Origin: Ignavibacteriota bacterium
GTDB taxonomy: Bacteria; Bacteroidota; Ignavibacteria; UBA10030
Direction of reading: 5' to 3'
Assembly (NCBI GenBank): GCA_963701295.1
Contig: OY969585.1
Span: forward strand, 2,560,001-2,624,000
Length of the DNA: 64,000 nt
Shown here one piece after another: positions 56,948 to 64,000 of this stretch. How positions within the stretch are numbered: position 1 is the first letter of the stretch; the number at the start of each line of letters is the position of its first letter. The notes under the pieces were generated by a model. It was not told the DNA's origin. It saw only the letters and a program-made list of their open reading frames with translations, and searched no databases. Position numbers and translations under genes: made by a program.

Positions 56948-59206
56948 ATGGAAAAATCACTTATTATTGTAGAATCTCCAGCCAAAGCAAAAACCATCAA
57001 CAAATATTTAGGTAAGGAATATATTGTTGAAGCTTCTGTTGGTCACATCAAGAATCTTCCAAAAAGTAAATTGAGTGTTGATATCGATAACGACTTTTCA
57101 GTGGTATATGAAACGATCGTAGGAAAAGAAGATATTGTAGCACGAATCAAAGAAAAAGCAGCGAAAGCAAAAGCAGTATTTATCGCAACTGATCCAGACC
57201 GTGAAGGCGAAGCAATTGCTGCACATATAGCCGATGAGGTAAAGGATGTCAATAAGCACATTCGACGCGTACTGTTTCATGAAATTACAGAAACCGGTGT
57301 CAAGGATGGCATGGCACATCCGAAGAAGATCGACGCACATATGGTAATGTCTCAACAAGCGCGGCGTGCGATGGATCGAATTGTAGGATATAAAGTAACA
57401 CCGTTCGTTTGGAAGACGATGTATTATGGTCTATCGGCTGGGCGGGTTCAATCTGTAGCATTGCGGCTGATCTGTGAACGGGAAGCATCCATTCTGAAGT
57501 TTGTGCCCAAAGAATACTGGTCGTTGACTGCAGAATTCACAACTTTGCATGATGATAAATTTCTAGCGAAACTTGTAAAAGTTGCCGATGATGATCCGAA
57601 AATTCCGGATGAAACAACGTCAAACGGATATATTGCAGATGTTCGGAAACAACGATATGAAATAACGAATGTCTCTCGAAAACCGGTTAAGCGAAATGCC
57701 CCGGCGCCTTTTATCACCAGTACGTTGCAACAGGAAGCAGCGAAACGTCTTCGCATGTCCTCTAAACGGACAATGATGCTGGCACAGAAGTTATATGAAG
57801 GTCAGGAAATCGGTGAAGAGGGACTAACAGGACTCATTACCTATATGCGTACCGACTCAACTCGTTTGAGTGAAGAAGCAGTAGCGCAAATACGAGAGTA
57901 CATTTATAACAATTATGGTAAAGAGTACCTCCCAAAAGAACCACGTCTTTTTAAAAAGGGCAAAGCGTCACAGGATGCACATGAAGCCATTCGGCCTACT
58001 TCTGTTAAGCTCACACCAAAAGTTGTGAAGAAATATCTCGATAAAGATATGTTTGCGCTGTACGAACTCATCTGGAATCGTTTCATTGCTTGCCAGATGG
58101 AACCGGCAGAATTTGAACAAATCACAGTGGAAGTTACGGGAGGAGATTATCTTTTCCGAGCAAGCGATCAACTTCCGACATTTCGCGGGTTCCTTCAGGT
58201 GTATGATGACATTGTGGAAGAGAACGGTGGAGAACAAGAGGATGCAGATCCGACATCAAAACTTCCAGCGAATTTAGCGAAAGGTCAAGCAGCTCAGCTT
58301 ACAGAACTCCTTCCTTTGCAGCATTTCACTAAACCGCCAGGTCGATATACGGAAGCTAGTCTGGTAAAGGAATTAGAATCGCTAGGTATCGGCCGTCCGA
58401 GTACGTATGCAATGATTGTTACAACAGTGGTTGATCGAAAATATGTTGAACAGAAAGAACGAAAGCTGTACGCTTCTGAACTTGGCATGCAGGTGAATAA
58501 ATTACTCGTCAGTCATTTCCCTGAGATATTCAACGTAAAGTTTACTGCAAAAATGGAGGAGGAGTTAGATACGATTGCATCCGGTAAACAAGAATATTTG
58601 AATGTCATGAAAGATTTTTATGGTCCCTTTCATCATGCAGTGGAGAAAGCTTCCGGTTTAGCATCAACCATTAAAAAATCGATGCAGGAAACAACAGGAG
58701 AAATATGCGAGTTGTGCGGTAAGCCGATGGTGACAAAATGGGGACGGAATGGAAGATTCATGGCATGCACAGGATATCCGGGATGCAAGAATACTAAGCC
58801 GCTTGCCGAAGACGCAGAGAAACATCAGCATGTTGTAGGCGGGAAGTGCGACCTCTGTGAAGGTGACATGGTAGTAAAGGGAGGACGATTCGGGGCATTT
58901 CTTGGGTGTTCAAATTATCCTACATGCAAGAATACAAAACCCATTTCTATGGGTATCAAATGTCCGAAATGTAAAGAGGGCGATCTTATCGAGCGAAAAA
59001 CAAAGAAAGGCAAGCGAACATTTTATGGATGTTCGAAATACCCTAATTGTGATTTTGCTTCTTGGGATAAACCTGTCGCTCAAGCATGTACGTCCTGCGG
59101 CAATGAATATATCGTGGCGAAATACTCTCAGACAAAAGGTGAGTACATGGTTTGTCCTGCATGTAAACAAGAAGTAGATCAGATAGAAGTTGCCGCTTCG
59201 GCATAA
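56948..59206 (+). CDS. topA: DNA topoisomerase I
   Basis: IVESPAKAKTI, ATDPDREGE, SAGRVQS, ITYMRTDS, QDAHEAIRPT and GIGRPSTY motifs; C-terminal C4 zinc ribbons. Confidence 0.97.
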   Translation: MEKSLIIVESPAKAKTINKYLGKEYIVEASVGHIKNLPKSKLSVDIDNDFSVVYETIVGKEDIVARIKEKAAKAKAVFIATDPDREGEAIAAHIADEVKDVNKHIRRVLFHEITETGVKDGMAHPKKIDAHMVMSQQARRAMDRIVGYKVTPFVWKTMYYGLSAGRVQSVALRLICEREASILKFVPKEYWSLTAEFTTLHDDKFLAKLVKVADDDPKIPDETTSNGYIADVRKQRYEITNVSRKPVKRNAPAPFITSTLQQEAAKRLRMSSKRTMMLAQKLYEGQEIGEEGLTGLITYMRTDSTRLSEEAVAQIREYIYNNYGKEYLPKEPRLFKKGKASQDAHEAIRPTSVKLTPKVVKKYLDKDMFALYELIWNRFIACQMEPAEFEQITVEVTGGDYLFRASDQLPTFRGFLQVYDDIVEENGGEQEDADPTSKLPANLAKGQAAQLTELLPLQHFTKPPGRYTEASLVKELESLGIGRPSTYAMIVTTVVDRKYVEQKERKLYASELGMQVNKLLVSHFPEIFNVKFTAKMEEELDTIASGKQEYLNVMKDFYGPFHHAVEKASGLASTIKKSMQETTGEICELCGKPMVTKWGRNGRFMACTGYPGCKNTKPLAEDAEKHQHVVGGKCDLCEGDMVVKGGRFGAFLGCSNYPTCKNTKPISMGIKCPKCKEGDLIERKTKKGKRTFYGCSKYPNCDFASWDKPVAQACTSCGNEYIVAKYSQTKGEYMVCPACKQEVDQIEVAASA

Positions 59207-59237
59207 AAGATGTAAGAATAACAGAACGAAAAAGACT

Positions 59238-60134
59238 ATGGAGAAGATCGTCAGAGGTTACCTCGAATATTTAGAAACAGAACGTAATTATTCTGCTCAT
59301 ACAATTCTTTCGTACGAAACAGACTTGATAAGTTTTATTCAATTTCTTCGGAACGAAAAGATTGAATCGTTTGACCAAGTACATAAGGAATCGTTAAGAG
59401 CATTTATTGGATTTCTTCTCGATGAAGGCTTTGGCCAAAGGAGTGTTGCTAGAAAAATTGCATCACTGCGTTCGTTTTTCAAATATCTTCGGAGACATAA
59501 AATCGTGGAGAGTAATCCAGCGTTAGTGCTCATCACGCCGAATGTAGGAAAGAGATTGCCAATGTTCTTGGATGAACAATCGATGCGCAAACTTTTTTTA
59601 TCTTCAGATCAATCCGGACCGAATAAAAAAAGAGATCTGGCAATTATGGAATTGTTTTACAGTACTGGTATCCGCCTCAGTGAATTAATTAATCTTACGT
59701 TGAACGATCTAAAGCAGGAAGAAGGACTGATCAAAGTAAAGGGAAAGGGACGCAAAGAGCGTATAGTACCTGTGGGGAAAAAAGCATTATTAGTAATCAA
59801 CGAATACCTTGCCACAAGAAGAGATTTGTTATTGGTAGCACAGAGAACTCACAACGAGTGTTCTTTGTTTGTAACCGGAAAAGGTCAGAAATTGTATCCT
59901 CAGGCAGTTGGTCGAATTGTTCGGAAGTACATTGGAGCGGTTTCAGAGATTGAGAAAAAGAGTCCCCATGTACTGCGTCATACATTCGCAACGCACTTGC
60001 TTAATCATGGAGCCGATATACGCGCCGTGAAAGAATTGTTAGGACACGAAAGCTTGTCTACCACACAGGTTTACACCCATGTATCATCTGCGCGCATGAA
60101 AAAGGTCTATGAGGAATCACATCCAAAGGCGTAG
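59238..60134 (+). CDS. xerC: Tyrosine recombinase XerC
   Basis: YS.HT..SY..DL, RK.ASLRSFFK, TG.R.SEL, GKG.KER.VP, HVLRHTFATHLL..GAD and LLGH.SLSTTQVY motifs; adjacent to topA. Confidence 0.9.
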   Translation: MEKIVRGYLEYLETERNYSAHTILSYETDLISFIQFLRNEKIESFDQVHKESLRAFIGFLLDEGFGQRSVARKIASLRSFFKYLRRHKIVESNPALVLITPNVGKRLPMFLDEQSMRKLFLSSDQSGPNKKRDLAIMELFYSTGIRLSELINLTLNDLKQEEGLIKVKGKGRKERIVPVGKKALLVINEYLATRRDLLLVAQRTHNECSLFVTGKGQKLYPQAVGRIVRKYIGAVSEIEKKSPHVLRHTFATHLLNHGADIRAVKELLGHESLSTTQVYTHVSSARMKKVYEESHPKA

Positions 60135-60188
60135 ATTCAAAGAGAACGTCCTATCTATGCGTACGCTTAGTGAGAAGGAGTATTCGCG

Positions 60189-60521
60189 ATGAACATCAAA
60201 GTCACTTCAAGACATTTCAAATCACACAACTCGCTCTCGGAGTATGCAAAGAACTCCATTGAAGAGCTGTCGCATTTTTATGATGGCATCATCAAAGCAG
60301 AAGTTATTTTTTCCTTTGAAAAAGCACGGAATAGTGTGAAGATTGCAGAATTATCTCTCACCGTCTATGGTGCGGTGCTAACCGGTATAGGCAAGAGTGA
60401 AGAATTTGAAAAGTCTATCGATTTAGCACTTGCAAAAATAAAAACTCGTTTAAAAAAATACAAAGAAAGGCTTCATACAAAAGACAAAAAAGGTGTAAGA
60501 AAAATACGTGAGAAAGAATAA
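60189..60521 (+). CDS. raiA: Ribosome hibernation factor HPF/RaiA
   Basis: MNIKVTSRH...L..Y...I.K..V.F...SID....K....L.KYK pattern; AAGGAG RBS. Confidence 0.88.
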   Translation: MNIKVTSRHFKSHNSLSEYAKNSIEELSHFYDGIIKAEVIFSFEKARNSVKIAELSLTVYGAVLTGIGKSEEFEKSIDLALAKIKTRLKKYKERLHTKDKKGVRKIREKE

Positions 60522-60541
60522 CCAACCCGGGAGACGGGACG

Positions 60542-61549
60542 ATGGCGCTGGAAAACATGAAAGAAACACAAAATAATAATATCACGGTTGGTTCTCTGTT
60601 CGAAGTCCTCAAGAAGCGGCTCACCTTAGAGACAGCCAACGGTAATGTTGGATTTGAAAGAGAGATCGCGGATAAAAATATTAACAGGCCTGGATTAGCA
60701 CTTGCTGGATATGTGGAGTTGTTCACCTACGATCGCGTGCAGATTTTTGGTAATACAGAAGTCCGTTATCTCAATCACTTGACCTTCGCTGAAAGGGTCA
60801 AAGCATTTCAGACAATCTTTCAATTTGATTTACCTTGTATTTTTGTTACAAGTGAAAACAAGCTCGACGACGAACTTATTGCCATCGCATCGGAACATCA
60901 TGTATCAGTTATCTTAACACCATTGGAAACTACAAAGTTTGTCTATTTCCTCAGTGATTTTCTTGACGACCATTTTGCGCCTCAAACTGTTTTGCACGGT
61001 TCTTTTATGGATGTCTATGGCATTGGGGTGTTGATCACAGGGCGTTCGGGTATCGGCAAGAGTGAAATTGCGTTGGATCTCATTGAGCGAGGACATCGAC
61101 TTGTTGCAGATGACGTAGTTATGGTCTCTCGCAAGGGGGAGGGAATTTTGTTAGGTGCGGGTTCGGATGTCGTAAAAAATTATATGGAAATTCGTGGCCT
61201 CGGATTGATTGATGTTCGTTCTATCTTTGGCATTCAGGCAATTCGTTTTCAGAAACGCGTTGAAGTCATTGTAGAATTGCAGGAATGGAAGAATGATGTT
61301 GAATACACACGTACAGGCTTAGATCACGAATACATTCCTATCCTAGGAGTTAATCTTCCCCATATCAAATTACCAATTTTTCCCGGTAAAAATATCACTG
61401 TCATCGTCGAAGTGATAGCTTTGGATTATCTCCTTAAACAATATGGATATGATTCGGCGCAGGAATTTAAAAAGCGACTTGATTCTACAATTGCCGAAAA
61501 AACGAAGGGAAAGAGGGCTATTAACTATTTTCATCACGATTTTGAATAA
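60542..61549 (+). CDS. hprK: HPr kinase/phosphorylase
   Basis: RPGLALAG, LHG..MDVYG.GVLI.G.SG.GKSE, GHRLVADD, EIRGLG.ID and PGKN motifs. Confidence 0.96.
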   Translation: MALENMKETQNNNITVGSLFEVLKKRLTLETANGNVGFEREIADKNINRPGLALAGYVELFTYDRVQIFGNTEVRYLNHLTFAERVKAFQTIFQFDLPCIFVTSENKLDDELIAIASEHHVSVILTPLETTKFVYFLSDFLDDHFAPQTVLHGSFMDVYGIGVLITGRSGIGKSEIALDLIERGHRLVADDVVMVSRKGEGILLGAGSDVVKNYMEIRGLGLIDVRSIFGIQAIRFQKRVEVIVELQEWKNDVEYTRTGLDHEYIPILGVNLPHIKLPIFPGKNITVIVEVIALDYLLKQYGYDSAQEFKKRLDSTIAEKTKGKRAINYFHHDFE

Positions 61550-61563
61550 CGTGATGGTGATTC

Positions 61564-61592
61564 TTGACAAAGAATTGATAATTACCTATTTT
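61564..61592 (+). promoter_or_regulatory. Putative sigma70 promoter of the M23 peptidase gene
   Basis: TTGACA-N17-TATTTT. Confidence 0.5.
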
Positions 61593-61650
61593 CAGCCAGA
61601 GCGTAGTCTGAGTTTGTAGATGGGTTTGTCGTTGATAGAATTTGATATAC

Positions 61651-62580
61651 ATGAGAAAAACAAAACTCTATAAATTTTCAATGAAGTCATTGACGTTCCA
61701 TGAGGTTCGCTGGGTTAGAACCCGCCTTATGGTAATGGGGCTTCTGATAGGCGGTAGTGTTCTCGGGTCTCTCATTGCTTTGAACCAACACTTTGGTGAT
61801 GTTTTTGGATTGGGCTTTATCCAACAGACTGCACTAGTCAATGAAAATAGAGTGTTGCAGAACCAATTACAATTTCTCACACATCAATTAAACGGTATTC
61901 AGAAACAGATAAACATTTTAGGTGACAAAGGAAATGAAATGCGGCTGCTTGCAGATTTGCCAAAATTAGATGAAGATTTACGGAAGGCTGGAACAGGCGG
62001 CATTGAATCACGAATTGATTTTACATCTTCTATGAGCGTAAATTCACTCCTTAATAATTTGCGTTCAACTGCAGAGCAAGCAGATCATGAGTTGCGTCTC
62101 CAAACATCGAGCTATGAAGAAATTGAGAGTGCGTACGAAAAGAATAAAGTGCGCTTCTCTCATCTTCCAGCGATCAAACCGATGGATGGATTTTATAATA
62201 AGAATGGATTTGGAATGCGTTTTCATCCTATCTTGCACATCTTCCGAAAACATGAAGGTATCGATATCGACAATGAAGTAGGTACTCCAATTTATGCAGC
62301 AGCGGAAGGCACTATAGAGTTCACCGGGCACCAAGGTGGATATGGACTAACCCTTGAGATTAATCATGGTTTTTCAATGAAGACGCGGTACGGACATCTT
62401 TCGAAGATTCTCGTGCATGAGGGACAACGAGTGAAGCGCGGTGAACTTATTGCTTGTTGCGGAAATTCAGGACTATCGAATGCACCGCATCTTCACTATG
62501 AAGTGCGATTGAACGGCGTGGCACAGAATCCGATAGATTATTTTTTTGACGATGTGCATGCAAGTGATTTCCAGAATTAA
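61651..62580 (+). CDS. M23 family metallopeptidase (N-terminal TM plus coiled coil)
   Basis: H.GID, GYG....NHG...TRYGHL and G.S..PHLHYEV motifs. Confidence 0.92.
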   Translation: MRKTKLYKFSMKSLTFHEVRWVRTRLMVMGLLIGGSVLGSLIALNQHFGDVFGLGFIQQTALVNENRVLQNQLQFLTHQLNGIQKQINILGDKGNEMRLLADLPKLDEDLRKAGTGGIESRIDFTSSMSVNSLLNNLRSTAEQADHELRLQTSSYEEIESAYEKNKVRFSHLPAIKPMDGFYNKNGFGMRFHPILHIFRKHEGIDIDNEVGTPIYAAAEGTIEFTGHQGGYGLTLEINHGFSMKTRYGHLSKILVHEGQRVKRGELIACCGNSGLSNAPHLHYEVRLNGVAQNPIDYFFDDVHASDFQN

Positions 62581-62615
62581 TTCATGATAAGAATTTTTAA
62601 AGGATTGAACCGACG

Positions 62616-62840
62616 ATGATTTGGACCATCGAGCTGGCAACATATTTAGATGATGCTCCTTGGCCTGCGACAAAGGAAGAGTTAATCGACTATGCAATGC
62701 GCACAGGCGCTCCGAATCAAGTTATCCAGAATTTGGAAGAGCTTGAGGATTCGGATGAGCCGTACGAAAGTATTGAGGAAATCTGGTCAGATTACCCTAC
62801 TGATGAAGACTATTTCTTTGAGGACGAAAAAGAATATTAG
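62616..62840 (+). CDS. DUF2795 family protein
   Basis: WT.ELA.YL.DAPWPATK.ELIDY..R.GAP..V..NL motif with acidic tail. Confidence 0.88.
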   Translation: MIWTIELATYLDDAPWPATKEELIDYAMRTGAPNQVIQNLEELEDSDEPYESIEEIWSDYPTDEDYFFEDEKEY

Positions 62841-62896
62841 AATTATAACATTCGTTTTTTATCATCAGGGCACCTTGGGATTATTTGTATAGAATG

Positions 62897-62926
62897 AAAC
62901 CCAGCACTTTCCTGCTGGGTTTTTTT
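62897..62926 (+). terminator. Intrinsic terminator
   Basis: AAACCCAGCA-CTTTCC-TGCTGGGTTT stem-loop ending in a T run. Confidence 0.8.
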
Positions 62927-62940
62927 ATTGCTGATTTCTC

Positions 62941-64000
62941 ATGCAAAATTTCATTTTAGCTATATTCTTCAGCATTCTCTGTTCAGTACCGATATTAGCG
63001 CAAGGTGCGGCACAGAAATATGAGGTCGGTCAACTTCGTTTTGAGGGAAACGAAACTTTGAACGATGATCAGCTTCACAATGTCATGAATACACATGAAA
63101 CTCCATGGGTAGTGTGGAAATGGATATATCACATATTTGATAAAGAAATATTAGGTGGTCAGAAACCAGAATATTTTGATCCCCTCACTTTTTCTGCCGA
63201 CTTTCATCAAGTCAAACGATTGTATCAGGATAATGGTTTTGTTCATTCTCGAATTGATACAACCATCAGTGTTCGGTCTGAAAAAGAAATGGTGTTTCTC
63301 ACATTTTCGATTAAAGAGGGCAGACGATCATTGATTGATACGATCGTCTATAAGGGATTTGAAAATCTTTCGCCGGAGGTAATGAACGAACTTACTTTGA
63401 ATAAACAGGTAGAGGTAGGTCAACCATATATCCAAAATAAGGTGGAAGAAGAATCCCGCCGCATCATCAAAGTATTTGCCAATAACGGATATGTGAACGT
63501 GAAGCTTGTTGCTGTCGAAGCTCGCCATTATTCCTCAACAGATAATTTCACTCTTGTGTTTGTCTTCAATCCAGGCAGGCGTTATACGTTTGGTACTATT
63601 TCTGTTGAACAGGATTCCACTTCGCCACAGCGCATCGATTCCACCATTGTGCTTCAGCACCTCGATTTTACAGAGGGGGAATATTATGGCGAACAGAAGA
63701 AAATAGAGAGTGAGAGAAATCTTAACAGGCTCGGTGTTTTTGAAGCTACAAAAATTGAGAATGCTCTTCCGGACACCTTGTCGGAGATAACCCGCATTCC
63801 TGTAAAGGTTTTTGTACGCACTCGTCCGTTTCAAGAGTTAACACCGGAAATCGGTGTGAACGACGAAAATAATGCATTTAACGTTCTGTTTGGTGCGGGA
63901 TATAATCACAGAAACTTTTTTGGAGGTGCACGGAACTTTTCTACACGTCTCCAACTCAATCTCCAATCGATACAATTTCGATCTCTTTTTAACAGCGCCG
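62941..64000 (+). CDS. BamA/TamA (Omp85) family outer-membrane protein with POTRA domains (partial, runs off window end)
   Basis: Manual translation gives MQNFILAIFFSILCSVPILAQ...F.GNE.L.D..L...Y.DNGF...I.EGRR...NNGY...NLNRLGVF...RNFFGGARN, a POTRA and barrel-entry signature. Confidence 0.85.
   Translation, partial: MQNFILAIFFSILCSVPILAQGAAQKYEVGQLRFEGNETLNDDQLHNVMNTHETPWVVWKWIYHIFDKEILGGQKPEYFDPLTFSADFHQVKRLYQDNGFVHSRIDTTISVRSEKEMVFLTFSIKEGRRSLIDTIVYKGFENLSPEVMNELTLNKQVEVGQPYIQNKVEEESRRIIKVFANNGYVNVKLVAVEARHYSSTDNFTLVFVFNPGRRYTFGTISVEQDSTSPQRIDSTIVLQHLDFTEGEYYGEQKKIESERNLNRLGVFEATKIENALPDTLSEITRIPVKVFVRTRPFQELTPEIGVNDENNAFNVLFGAGYNHRNFFGGARNFSTRLQLNLQSIQFRSLFNSA

Noticed and set aside
59238-60134. 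Tyrosine recombinase as a phage or island integrase
   Set aside because: XerC-like length and motifs in the housekeeping topA-xerC-raiA-hprK context; no att sites or cargo seen.

Overview
This is a chromosomal window from a Gram-negative FCB-group bacterium, most plausibly Ignavibacteria/Chlorobi-like. That assignment is an inference from a T9SS C-terminal sorting domain, sigma70-type TTGACA-N17-TATAAT-like promoters, Shine-Dalgarno use and the raiA-hprK and scpAB-rluB gene order. Positions 1-16.5 kb are a minus-strand block: partial Mg2+ P-type ATPase, lipoprotein, nitroreductase, rhomboid, orphan ABC membrane domain, DoxX, GH38 mannosidase, tRNA-Glu/Gln and a YdaL/YdaM(PssB/PssC)-like exopolysaccharide pair. 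Positions 17-64 kb are mostly plus-strand housekeeping genes (prmC, dtd, comEC, mtnA, recO, degP, aroC, trpS, scpAB, rluB, lysS, ybeY, topA, xerC, raiA, hprK, partial Omp85/BamA). Two accessory blocks interrupt them: a secreted-protein cluster at 24.4-31.0 kb and a small mixed block at 38-45 kb. The most notable observations are (i) an unannotated ~250-nt intergenic element with seven nested helices upstream of the EPS pair, (ii) the fused deacetylase/hydrolase-like EPS protein itself, (iii) a secreted cluster with a split lytic-transglycosylase-like domain, a frameshifted 74-aa-repeat protein and a stand-alone T9SS-tagged protein, (iv) an ScpB with an acidic tail ending in an amphipathic helix, and (v) a tiny malQ remnant. 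I saw no CRISPR array, rRNA, prophage or transposase. All product calls come from motif recognition by eye; no database searches were run.
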